DNA of 64,000 bases from a virus: positions 64,001 to 128,000 of IMG/VR virus record IMGVR_UViG_3300034062_004313; one strand, given 5' to 3'. The notes beneath the pieces are model-generated. The model searched no databases. It saw only the letters and a list, made by a program, of their open reading frames with translations, and was not told the origin of the DNA. The position numbers were made by a program, and so were the translations under genes. Positions 46,513-56,423 of the stretch are shown piece by piece (within the stretch, counting starts at the first letter, position 1; each line of letters begins with the position of its first letter).

Positions 46513-46711
46513 CTCCCCCTTAATGTGGGATAGTGGGAGCAAAGGAGTATGGGAACAATTAGTAGACCCACCTAAATATAAAAGTACTTTCCAAAATTAT
46601 ATGGGTACAACTACAAATTTAGTAGGACAAGCAATAAACACTTTGACAACAGGAACATCAATATCATATAACATGGCAGATGCAATGTCATTCACAAATT
46701 AAAATCAAATT

Positions 46712-46876
46712 ATGAAAACACTAACAAATCTATTTACAAGCAACCCATCTTACATGAAATGGGGTAATGAAAGAATTGCAAAAAGAACAGGGCTGAAACC
46801 AAAAACAGTAGAGAAATTCAAAAAGAATCCCTTGTATAAGATAATGAAAACCCAATATCTTAACGAGATTAATTAG
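46712..46876 (+). CDS. 54-aa basic HTH-like protein (MKTLTNLFTSNPSYMKWGNERIAKRTG...)
   Basis: translated by hand; resembles the N-terminus of 47019..48335 (NP..L..G..K..LA.RLG). Confidence 0.55.
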   Translation: MKTLTNLFTSNPSYMKWGNERIAKRTGLKPKTVEKFKKNPLYKIMKTQYLNEIN

Positions 46877-46926
46877 GAAATGTCGCAAAAAAGGCGTATA
46901 TTGTTATGATATGCGCTTTTTTATTT

Positions 46927-46998
46927 GGCTCCTTAGTTAAATGGATATAACCGCAGAATTCTAATCTGCATTTGGGAGTTCGATTCTCTCAGGGGCTA
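46927..46998 (+). tRNA. tRNA-Arg(UCU)
   Basis: GGCTCCT/AGGGGCT; GCAGA-ATTCTAA-TCTGC. Confidence 0.88.
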
Positions 46999-47018
46999 CG
47001 AAATCTTAAAAATAAATT

Positions 47019-48335
47019 ATGATTATAACACAAACAATGCAAAAGTTTATTGACAATCCGAAGATGTTAGAGAGTGGATATTGCTCAAAAGCAAAATTAG
47101 CTCAAAGACTTGGAACAACAATAGACGATATTACAGAATCAAGGTTTAAAGTGAAACAAATGATGTCTTCATTAGACCATGCTCAAGAGTTCTTTAAAGA
47201 ATTAAAATCAGAAATTGTTAATGAACATACTACAAGAGTAGATAATGAAAAGGGTACTATAACATCGGATGTAGAAACTACATTTGAACCCAAGAATGAT
47301 ATTGAATTAGCTGAATTACATAAGATTGATTTAACAAAATACAAAATAAGTACATATTGGTCTAAACTAAAGAGCAATGGTAAATTCACTTCATCTGTAT
47401 TAGCTACATTAAGAAATATTGATAAGGATATTCCTAAACAAAAAGAATCATTAATAGAAGAAATAGATGAATATTTTGGTAGTAAAAAAGCTATTGAAAA
47501 TTATAGATTCTTCACAAGAGAAATTGATAAGGATAGAAAAACTGCTAAAAATACAGATGGTCAACTATTAGAAATATCCATTCCTGATTTACACATTGGT
47601 AAAATGTCTCATAGAGAAGAAACAGGGGAAGATTATGATTTAAAAATTGCATCTGCAAGATATAAGAATGCTATAACTCAACTATTAAAAACAGCCAATT
47701 TAGATAATGTATCTGATATATTACTACCCATTGGTAATGACTTGTTCAATGTAGATAATCAGTTCTCAACTACTACAGGTGGTACACCACAGGATTGTGA
47801 TAGTAGGTTCCACAAGATGGTAGGAGCAGCAAAAGAACTCCTTATAAATACAATAACAGGGTTAAGTGCATTTGCAAGAGTACATGTTCTTATAGTACCA
47901 GGCAATCATGATGAAGTTACAACATTTATGTTAGGTGAAATATTAGAAGCATGGTTTCATAATGATAGTAACATAACTGTAAATAATACAGCAAAACTTA
48001 GAAAATACTTCCAATTTGGAAAGAATTCTTTCCTTTATACTCATGGAGACAAAGAAAAACATGGGGATTTAGGATTGATATTTGCTACAGAAGAACCTAG
48101 ACTTTGGGCTGATACTAAATACAGATTTGTAAAACTTGGTCATCTTCACAAGCAAAAGAAAATAGAATATATAACAACAGACACACTTCAAGGGTTCCAA
48201 ATAGAAATACTTCCATCACTAAGTTCTGCTGATAAGTGGCATTATGGAAAAGGTTTCTTAGGAGCAAAGCAAGCAAAAGCCTATCTCTATGATAAAGAAC
48301 TTGGGGAAATTGCACAGTATACACACACTGTTTAA
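47019..48335 (+). CDS. calcineurin-like metallophosphoesterase with N-terminal extension
   Basis: PDLH, GND, PGNHD, THGD, GHLH motifs. Confidence 0.85.
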   Translation: MIITQTMQKFIDNPKMLESGYCSKAKLAQRLGTTIDDITESRFKVKQMMSSLDHAQEFFKELKSEIVNEHTTRVDNEKGTITSDVETTFEPKNDIELAELHKIDLTKYKISTYWSKLKSNGKFTSSVLATLRNIDKDIPKQKESLIEEIDEYFGSKKAIENYRFFTREIDKDRKTAKNTDGQLLEISIPDLHIGKMSHREETGEDYDLKIASARYKNAITQLLKTANLDNVSDILLPIGNDLFNVDNQFSTTTGGTPQDCDSRFHKMVGAAKELLINTITGLSAFARVHVLIVPGNHDEVTTFMLGEILEAWFHNDSNITVNNTAKLRKYFQFGKNSFLYTHGDKEKHGDLGLIFATEEPRLWADTKYRFVKLGHLHKQKKIEYITTDTLQGFQIEILPSLSSADKWHYGKGFLGAKQAKAYLYDKELGEIAQYTHTV

Positions 48336-48340
48336 TAAAG

Positions 48341-48361
48341 AGTCCCGTAAAGGGACTTTTT
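48341..48361 (+). terminator. intrinsic terminator
   Basis: AGTCCC-GTAAA-GGGACT plus T tract. Confidence 0.75.
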
Positions 48362-48405
48362 AATTTAAAAGATTATTTGTAACTTATAAAATTTTTTAGT
48401 ATATT

Positions 48406-48942
48406 ATGGTGAGAACTGGTATAATATCAAGTCCAAAAGGACCACGTTTTGTTAAGACAGAATACATGTATCAAATATTCTCTGATGACCTTTATAACAC
48501 ATTTATAAAAGATTATCCAGAATATAAGAACATTAGTAAAGATGAATTTAAGAGAATATGGATAAATATATTAGCTCCAGAAATAAGAAAGGAATCTATA
48601 AAAAATCCATTGGGTTTAAAGCTTCCATTTTATAATGGAGAATTAAAACTTCAATGGCTTCCATATAGAATGAAAGCTCCTGAGAGAAAGCATAAAAAGG
48701 AAACAGGTGAAGATATTCCTATAATATACTTAAATACTCAAAACAAGATAGGAAAGGTAAAATGGGAAAGAAGAAATGCTGTAAGATATAATAGGTGGTT
48801 ACAATTCTACGCATTTGAACCACATAGAGAAATGGAAAAAATGGCTAAAAAAAGAATAGATGAATCAAATGACATAAGAGTTTCCAGAGTGACATTAGGA
48901 GGAGCAAAATATGGTCTTGCACCTTTAAATAAGAAAATATGA
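48406..48942 (+). CDS. IHF/HU-like tail-module protein
   Basis: GLKLPF..GEL motif; synteny before tail ring genes. Confidence 0.5.
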   Translation: MVRTGIISSPKGPRFVKTEYMYQIFSDDLYNTFIKDYPEYKNISKDEFKRIWINILAPEIRKESIKNPLGLKLPFYNGELKLQWLPYRMKAPERKHKKETGEDIPIIYLNTQNKIGKVKWERRNAVRYNRWLQFYAFEPHREMEKMAKKRIDESNDIRVSRVTLGGAKYGLAPLNKKI

Positions 48943-49613
48943 TTACTAAAAGACAAGCTATATTACAACTTCGAAAGAAGATACAAGAACAACATGCAGA
49001 TACAGGGTACACTAATCAGTTCCTGTATCTTTCTATTTTAGAACAAGCCAAATGGATTGTAAAGAGAGAGATACGTTCTGGAAGAGTATATAAAAATATG
49101 GACTTATTTAAACCTTTAAAATGTAAGAGAGTTGTAGAAAGTTCTATTATAGAGAATAGTTGCCCAATAAAAATACCATGTAACATTTGGAGAACAGATA
49201 AAAAACTTCCCGATACTTGGCAAGATGATTATGGACCAGTTATTAAATATGCAATGTCTGTAGATGACAGCACAAGATGGCATCTTATATCTAAGGAAGA
49301 ATGGATTAATAAACAGTCTTCTCCATATTTCAAACTTGACAAGACTAAGTACATGATATATTCTGATGGATACCTTTGGTTTCCAAGAGAAAATCCAAAA
49401 AGGATAAATATATATGGATATTGGATAGATGACCCCTTATTATATTCAGAATGTGGAGATAAACCACAATGTATTAAATATCTGGACACTCCCTTATATA
49501 TACCAGATTGGACGGAGGCAGAGATAATAAATAAAGCATTTGAGATACTTATAAAGGGTACAAAACAAATTCCTTTAGATGAAGACATAAATAAATCAGA
49601 AAATCGTAAATAA
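48939..49613 (+). CDS. putative tail ring protein
   Basis: synteny; DGYLW motif. Confidence 0.55.
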   Translation: MITKRQAILQLRKKIQEQHADTGYTNQFLYLSILEQAKWIVKREIRSGRVYKNMDLFKPLKCKRVVESSIIENSCPIKIPCNIWRTDKKLPDTWQDDYGPVIKYAMSVDDSTRWHLISKEEWINKQSSPYFKLDKTKYMIYSDGYLWFPRENPKRINIYGYWIDDPLLYSECGDKPQCIKYLDTPLYIPDWTEAEIINKAFEILIKGTKQIPLDEDINKSENRK

Positions 49614-50461
49614 TGAACAATAAAATTATAGATTATATACCATATTCTGAATTGATGTCTCTTGTAAAACAAGAGATTAAATCATATGATAGTCAAGGAT
49701 ATATAAATGATGGAGACCTTATTCCAACGGTGATGTATTGCAATGAAAAGCTTGGAATACATATACATGAAGTTAAACAGGCTATAATTGAAATAAAGAA
49801 CAATAAAGGAGATTTACCTAAAGATTTCCATAAAGTGTTTTACATGGCTGCTTTATCTATGACTAATACTACAGTAACAAATTGGACAAATCCTTGGGAC
49901 AATAGTAAAGACAGAACAGTAACCTATGATGCAGATTTTAAAAGAGGATGTATAGGATGTGAAGATAATGTTACAGTGATATATAAGAAATCAGGAGTTG
50001 ACATAACACAATCTTATTATAATTGGCAAGATTTAAAATTAAGCAATGGTCAATATGCTTATATAGGATGTCCAAATATTAATAGTAAGTCGAAGAATCA
50101 AGTGGATATTGATATAGAGAATGGAGAGATTACAACAGGATTTAGAACTGGAGAAATATATATGATGTATGTAGCAAATATGCTAAGTGAAGAAGGTGAG
50201 ATACTTATCCCTTTCCATCCACTTATAACTCCTTGGTATGTATGGAGTTGTGTAGACCAAGTTATTAAATCCATGATATTTGATACAGATGAAGATTTGA
50301 ATAAGTTAAAAATGCAAAGAGAATTAGCACAGGATGAAAAGGATAAATCATGGATAACATCTTATAATTTTGCAAATACAAAAGAGTTTATGGCTTGGCA
50401 ACAAGACCAAAAGAAGCAACAACTTTCTTGGTGGAAGAGATGGTTTAGAATTATTCAATAA
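49613..50461 (+). CDS. tail tubular / ring protein
   Basis: GDLP.DF...TGF.TG.IY..Y......EG...IP; directly upstream of the stabilisation protein. Confidence 0.65.
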   Translation: MNNKIIDYIPYSELMSLVKQEIKSYDSQGYINDGDLIPTVMYCNEKLGIHIHEVKQAIIEIKNNKGDLPKDFHKVFYMAALSMTNTTVTNWTNPWDNSKDRTVTYDADFKRGCIGCEDNVTVIYKKSGVDITQSYYNWQDLKLSNGQYAYIGCPNINSKSKNQVDIDIENGEITTGFRTGEIYMMYVANMLSEEGEILIPFHPLITPWYVWSCVDQVIKSMIFDTDEDLNKLKMQRELAQDEKDKSWITSYNFANTKEFMAWQQDQKKQQLSWWKRWFRIIQ

Positions 50462-53400
50462 TGGAGTTACAAAATTTACGAAATCAAGATGTAAAGGTTA
50501 CATCAAGTGCTAAGATGATAAAAGACTTGAACGAAAGTTATTTCGGACAAGATGTTTATTATCAAGCAAGAAATATGTGTACCATATCTCATGATGGTAA
50601 TAGAGGAACTATTCAAACTGAACCTGCAAACAAGTTCTTATTTGAAGCTCCATATAAAATTATAAATATAACACCCTTACCAGAAGAGAATCAATATCTT
50701 GTATTTAGTACTGATAATACAAATTCAGAGATAGGGATATATAATGGTGTTTATTCAAAGATTACAGATAATAAATGTCTTAATTTTAACTATAATTTTC
50801 CTATAAAAGCTGTTGTAAAAAAGGATTTTAATAAGGATGTTGTTATTACCTTTACAGATAAATATAATCCTGTAAGAAGAGCTACATTAAAAGAGTTAAA
50901 AACATTAACAAGTTGTGATGATATTCTTCTTTGGAAGAAAATTACAATTCCAAGTATAAATATAGATAAGGGTAATTTCGGAAACCTTCCAAATGGAGCT
51001 TATTCTGTACTATTAAATTATACTATAGATAAAAAAAAATATAGTGATTATTATCTTTGTAAGGATAAAATTCATTTATTTAATAAAGTTGATAATAGTA
51101 GTTCTTTAGAAATTGAAATAGGTAACCTTGATAAAGAATTTATAGAATATGAACTTATATTAATATCAAATCCAAATGGTGTAAAAACTGCTTATAGACA
51201 AGGATATTACAGTACAAATCAAAATAAAATTATAATATCTGATTTAGGTGTAGAACAAATACAACTTTCTGATTTAGTTATAAAGAATAGAACTTGGCAA
51301 AAAGCAGGTATAATAAGTTCGAATAGTAACTATCTTATATTAGCAGATTTAGTGCAAAGGAAGGAATTGAATTATCAATTAAAAGCTATGAATATCAAAG
51401 CTGAATATGTTGTAACTCAAGTTCCATACGATTATTATAAAAATGAAGGAAAGGATTTTGGATATTATAGAGATGAAAGGTATTCATTTGATATAGAAGG
51501 ATTATATAATACTGGAGAAACAACAGCTTCATATCATATAGCTGGCCCAAAACCCAAACCTTGGGACATATCTCAAGCATCTGGTTCTGATGTATTTGAA
51601 TATGAAGATTCATTTAAAGAATGTGATAAACCTGATGTAGTATATAACTATCAAGTGTATAATACAGCAGGTGATATGATACCTGTTCAAGAAGAGTTTA
51701 AGTGTAATAGAAGAGTTATAGGATATGGAGATATGGGTTTTTGGCAATCTACAGAACGTCTTAATGAAAATAAAGAACTTTTCGGAGAAGATGCTGGTAA
51801 AAATCAAAGACATTTTATGTTTCCAAATGAAGAGAAGGTTCCAAGATTCTCAATTATAAATGGTAGAACATATATTAATATATTGGGTATTAGATTTAAA
51901 AATATCCCTTCTTTTGAAGACTCTGATATAATAGGATATAGAATATTAAGAAGAGATAGAGAAGGAAACAGAAGCGTTATAGCAAGAGGAATGCTTCATA
52001 ACACAAGAAGTTATTTTGATAATCAAAATCAACAAGAAGTTTATTATTCTAACTACCCTTTCAATGACCTATCTCCTGACACATATCATTCAGAGACTCA
52101 AACAGTATTCAAGAATAAAAGAGAGTCTAAATTTAAAGCACCTACTAAATATTATAAAGACAAGTTCAACTTCTACACTCCACACGCTTATTTCTTTGAG
52201 AAATATCGTATGGGACCAGAATTTAGAATTGAGAGTGAAGAATATGGACAAGTTAATGGTAAGTTTGAAAAAGTATATAATCATCCGAGAGCAATATTAT
52301 TAAATCAAACAGCATTCTGGATAGCTTCCGCTGTAGGATTTATAGAGAGTACATTAGTATTATTAGGAAGTAGTAATTTAGAGACAAGTAATAATGCAAA
52401 CTTAGGAATAGGTGGTGGAATACAAGCAGATGCTAAGACAATATATAATATAAAAACATTTGATGACTTATTAAGAGTAGACCCTATAGCATTAGGTATT
52501 GAAATTGCTTCACAAATAACAAACCCTATAGGGCAAGCTAAGTTAATTCCTATAATTAGAAATATACTAACCTTATTAGCAAGTGCTGCTATAAAGCTTC
52601 CATATTCATTATTAAAAGGGATTGAAACTGCTGATATATTAATAGAGAGTATAGAAAAGTTTAGTAGACCAATAGATTATGCATATCAATATAATAGTTC
52701 TGTTTTATATAATCAACAAGCAAAGATACAAGATGGTAATAAAAGAAGATATGCTATAGATACACCGTTCTATTTATCTTCTGCTCTTCATACTGTAAAT
52801 GACAAGATATATAATAATGCATTCAGAGAGAATAGTGTATTCATAGAATTTAATAAAGAACTTAAAGACCCATCTAAAAAAGATGATAGTAGAAATACAA
52901 TAAGTGGTTTTAATCTTTGTGATAAGGATATTAAATCATTTCAAGCTCAAAGTTCTTCATATTATACAACTTCTAGGATATTTAATCCAAATCAATATGG
53001 ACAAATTGGTTCAGCATTACCCATCTTAATTTCTGAAGTTATTTCTAATTATGAAGAAACTCCTGTATTATTTGGTGGAGATTGTGTTATAGCTCGTTTT
53101 CAAATCCAGAAGAGACATAAGTTCTTTTCTCAAGATTTAGCAGCTAATACCTTTCCAGATAAAACAGAGTATGATTATAGACTTTATAGGAATATAGCAT
53201 ATCCAAGATTTTGGATAGACACTACTAAATTTAGCTTTGCTGGTATATTAACAAGAAATATTGTAAATGAATCTACATTTACAAGAACTACTACATCAAA
53301 GTATAATCTTGATTGTAGAGACACAGGAGGAAATCCATATGTTGTAGATAATGCTTATTTCTACACTTCTGCAAATGGAGTAATGGATTTCTTTTGTGAA

Positions 53401-54984
53401 GTGGATTATAACATATCATTCAGAGAAGATACTCAATATCCTCATTATTCAGAAGATAATACAAATATATCATTAATATTCAGAGCAGATAACTTAAAAT
53501 ATCCAGAAGAATTTAAACTCAATAGAGCCTTTAAAGATTTATATAGTAAAGAATATTTCAATCAACAATTAAGACTTGATTTTTCAGAAGATGCCTCTTT
53601 CCCTGTAAATCAAGAAAATAGTGTAATATATTCACTCCCTTCTTTTAACTTGCAAAGTATAGATAATTGGAGATACTTTCTTCCAAATAACTTCTTTTCA
53701 TTCAGAGAAAGTGATTTTGGTATATTAACAGGAATACATAAACTTGACCAAGATAGGCTCATATTCTTAATGTCCAGAAGTTCTCCATATATTTCTATGG
53801 GAAGAGACTTCTTAGAATTAGAACAGAGTGGTAGAAAGATTACAATAGGAGATGGTGGACTTTTTGCTCAAGACCCAAGAGAAATTATGCCCACTGATAA
53901 TAACTATGGTTCTACAAAATCTCCATATGCATTCTCAAATACCCATATGGGTAGATATTATGTATCAGCAGACCAAGGAAGAATATTCTCATTCACAGAA
54001 GGTATAGATGATATAACAAGACAAGGACTTGACCAATGGACTAATTTTTACATGCCATTCCAATTAAAGGTGTGGTTTCCAAATTATACACTTGGAGAAA
54101 ATCCTTTAATATCATATGGATATTACACAATATTTGATAGTTCTTTAGGAATTGTATATGTTACAAAAAGAGATTTTGTTCCAAAACATGAATATAAAGA
54201 TAAAATAACATGCGTAGATAACAAGTTTTATTTTGATGGATTGGAAATAGATTTACACTCAATATATTTTAAAGACATATCATGGACTCTATCATACTCA
54301 CCCGAAGAAAAAGGATTTGTTTCCTATCATGATTGGCATCCTGATTATGTAGTGCAAACTGATAATCACTTCTTAACAGTGAAAGATAATACAGTGTGGG
54401 AACATAATAATAGAACTGATTTATTTTGTAACTATTACGATAAAGATTATCCATATGAAATAGAACCTATATTCAAATCTAATGAAACAGAGATTATTAA
54501 TTCAATAGAATATAAAGGAGAACATTATAAATATAAACCTAATCAGATTGATAAATTTCATGTTCTAAATGAAAACTTTGATACACTTATTGTAAGCAAT
54601 TCTGAACAGATATCCCCGATGTTATATTTGAAACTACAGAACTCATTGAAGGATAGAGTATTATATCAAGACGGTGTAAGAAAAGGAGAAGGTTATGAAA
54701 TTCTATTTACTAAAGAACAGCAGGAATATAGAATAAATCAATTTTGGGACTCTGTAAAAGACAGAGGAGAATTTACAAATGCAGAATATCACTTGTGGCA
54801 TAATGATGAAAGTGGGTATAAAAAGGTGATAAATCCTGTAGCTGTGGATTTGAATAAACCCATTATACAAAGAAAGAAATTCAGACATGATTGGGTGAAA
54901 TTCTTCTTTGCAAAATCTGTTGTAGGGGCTGTAAAGCATATAACAAAACTGTTCAAAATTAAAAAAACAATTTCCATACGATGA
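50461..54984 (+). CDS. tail stabilisation (muzzle) protein
   Basis: 1507 aa; GYYRDE.YSF, FGGD, SWTLSY.....FVSYHDW.P motifs. Confidence 0.75.
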   Translation: MELQNLRNQDVKVTSSAKMIKDLNESYFGQDVYYQARNMCTISHDGNRGTIQTEPANKFLFEAPYKIINITPLPEENQYLVFSTDNTNSEIGIYNGVYSKITDNKCLNFNYNFPIKAVVKKDFNKDVVITFTDKYNPVRRATLKELKTLTSCDDILLWKKITIPSINIDKGNFGNLPNGAYSVLLNYTIDKKKYSDYYLCKDKIHLFNKVDNSSSLEIEIGNLDKEFIEYELILISNPNGVKTAYRQGYYSTNQNKIIISDLGVEQIQLSDLVIKNRTWQKAGIISSNSNYLILADLVQRKELNYQLKAMNIKAEYVVTQVPYDYYKNEGKDFGYYRDERYSFDIEGLYNTGETTASYHIAGPKPKPWDISQASGSDVFEYEDSFKECDKPDVVYNYQVYNTAGDMIPVQEEFKCNRRVIGYGDMGFWQSTERLNENKELFGEDAGKNQRHFMFPNEEKVPRFSIINGRTYINILGIRFKNIPSFEDSDIIGYRILRRDREGNRSVIARGMLHNTRSYFDNQNQQEVYYSNYPFNDLSPDTYHSETQTVFKNKRESKFKAPTKYYKDKFNFYTPHAYFFEKYRMGPEFRIESEEYGQVNGKFEKVYNHPRAILLNQTAFWIASAVGFIESTLVLLGSSNLETSNNANLGIGGGIQADAKTIYNIKTFDDLLRVDPIALGIEIASQITNPIGQAKLIPIIRNILTLLASAAIKLPYSLLKGIETADILIESIEKFSRPIDYAYQYNSSVLYNQQAKIQDGNKRRYAIDTPFYLSSALHTVNDKIYNNAFRENSVFIEFNKELKDPSKKDDSRNTISGFNLCDKDIKSFQAQSSSYYTTSRIFNPNQYGQIGSALPILISEVISNYEETPVLFGGDCVIARFQIQKRHKFFSQDLAANTFPDKTEYDYRLYRNIAYPRFWIDTTKFSFAGILTRNIVNESTFTRTTTSKYNLDCRDTGGNPYVVDNAYFYTSANGVMDFFCEVDYNISFREDTQYPHYSEDNTNISLIFRADNLKYPEEFKLNRAFKDLYSKEYFNQQLRLDFSEDASFPVNQENSVIYSLPSFNLQSIDNWRYFLPNNFFSFRESDFGILTGIHKLDQDRLIFLMSRSSPYISMGRDFLELEQSGRKITIGDGGLFAQDPREIMPTDNNYGSTKSPYAFSNTHMGRYYVSADQGRIFSFTEGIDDITRQGLDQWTNFYMPFQLKVWFPNYTLGENPLISYGYYTIFDSSLGIVYVTKRDFVPKHEYKDKITCVDNKFYFDGLEIDLHSIYFKDISWTLSYSPEEKGFVSYHDWHPDYVVQTDNHFLTVKDNTVWEHNNRTDLFCNYYDKDYPYEIEPIFKSNETEIINSIEYKGEHYKYKPNQIDKFHVLNENFDTLIVSNSEQISPMLYLKLQNSLKDRVLYQDGVRKGEGYEILFTKEQQEYRINQFWDSVKDRGEFTNAEYHLWHNDESGYKKVINPVAVDLNKPIIQRKKFRHDWVKFFFAKSVVGAVKHITKLFKIKKTISIR

Positions 54985-56156
54985 AATACGGACAATCTAA
55001 ATGGTGCTACAAATGTGGCGGTGCTAAAATGAATATCGGAGGAGAATCTAAAGACCAGCCTATAAATAATACTTCTACAACTCCTGATAAATTTTTATCA
55101 GCAATACGAAATAGAGAAGGTATATATGGTACAAAAGAAGGAGGTTCTTTTCTTAGAACATGGATGGATACAGATGATGGTAAACAGATATTTAAACAAA
55201 TGGGTGTAACTCCTGTATATGGTCCTGCTAATAGTATATTAGGTTGGGGAAAAGGTGATTTCTTTTTAACAAATCCAGATGATAACTCAAGAGCAAATGT
55301 AAATAAAGCGGATTTGGATATGATAAATAATCCAAAAGAGTTAAAAAAATATCTTTTAATGAGAGGTTTTAAACCTGTTAATTCAGAAGGAGAACTTTCT
55401 ATATTTAAAAAAGGAGGAGGATTTGGTTCTGTAAAACAATATAGAAATCTTGACCAACTTCCATTCTTTCAAGGGGGAGGACAATTACCTATAATGCAAA
55501 AGGCTGGGTATAGTCCATATTACACAGGACAACAATATAATGATATACCTTTACCACAAGAGGAAGTAGATAAACAAAGAAGAGCTTTAGAAATGAAATC
55601 AGATTGGGAAACATTCAATCCTAATATGGTTTATGAAAATAGAAATGGTTTAGGAAATGTACAAAGTCCTCAAGCAGACTCTGATTATCAAGTTCAACAA
55701 TCTTTTGATAAATCCACTCAAAATTTATTAGGCAAGGGCAGAAGATTTGATGATAATGCAAATTTAAAAAATCGTAGATTTAATGCTATGGGAATTGGAA
55801 ACATGATTAATTATGGAATAGCAGGTTTTGCTGGAATGGCAGATAGAAATATGCAACAACAATATGTTAGCAGAATGCAAAATAATCCTTTAAGTGGAAT
55901 ACTTCCTTTCAATGACATGCGTTCTGATAATGTAGAATATGGGTATAACACAATGCAAAAAGGTGGAATTGCAAATGCTGTTTATATAGGAGAAAATCCA
56001 TTTTTAGATTTATTTAAAAACGGAGGAATGATAAAAAGGAAAGATGGAAGCTATTCTAAAAGAGGTCTTTGGGATAATATTCGTGCTAACAAAGGAAGTG
56101 GTAAAAAACCTACTAAAGAAATGATAGAACAAGAAAGAAAAATTAAAAACAAATAA
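54981..56156 (+). CDS. virion cargo / ejection protein candidate
   Basis: low complexity; repeated [MF]xxGG motifs. Confidence 0.6.
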   Translation: MKYGQSKWCYKCGGAKMNIGGESKDQPINNTSTTPDKFLSAIRNREGIYGTKEGGSFLRTWMDTDDGKQIFKQMGVTPVYGPANSILGWGKGDFFLTNPDDNSRANVNKADLDMINNPKELKKYLLMRGFKPVNSEGELSIFKKGGGFGSVKQYRNLDQLPFFQGGGQLPIMQKAGYSPYYTGQQYNDIPLPQEEVDKQRRALEMKSDWETFNPNMVYENRNGLGNVQSPQADSDYQVQQSFDKSTQNLLGKGRRFDDNANLKNRRFNAMGIGNMINYGIAGFAGMADRNMQQQYVSRMQNNPLSGILPFNDMRSDNVEYGYNTMQKGGIANAVYIGENPFLDLFKNGGMIKRKDGSYSKRGLWDNIRANKGSGKKPTKEMIEQERKIKNK

Positions 56157-56157
56157 T

Positions 56158-56418
56158 ATGTATTTTTATCAACAAGGTGGAATGGTTCCCGAAGAAGCCA
56201 TGATGGAACAAGAAGAACAAGGTAATCCAGAAGAACAGATTGCAATGCAAATAATGGAAGCTTTCCAACAATTAAGTCCAGAAATGCAAATGCAACTTAT
56301 GGAAGCAATGGCTCAAATGGTACAACAAGGGCAACAACAAGAAGCCCCAATGCAACAAGAAAGTATTCCTATGCAAAAATATGGTGGAAAGAAAAAAGGT
56401 GGTAATCCCTATAAGTAA
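56158..56418 (+). CDS. small Gln/Met-rich virion protein candidate
   Basis: YQQGG ... KYGG ... GGNPYK. Confidence 0.6.
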   Translation: MYFYQQGGMVPEEAMMEQEEQGNPEEQIAMQIMEAFQQLSPEMQMQLMEAMAQMVQQGQQQEAPMQQESIPMQKYGGKKKGGNPYK

Positions 56419-56423
56419 TTAAT

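Noticed and set aside
46712-46922. A fourth leader attenuator for tRNA-Arg
   Set aside because: The upstream ORF is a 54-aa HTH-like protein with only two Arg codons and no evident antiterminator pairing.
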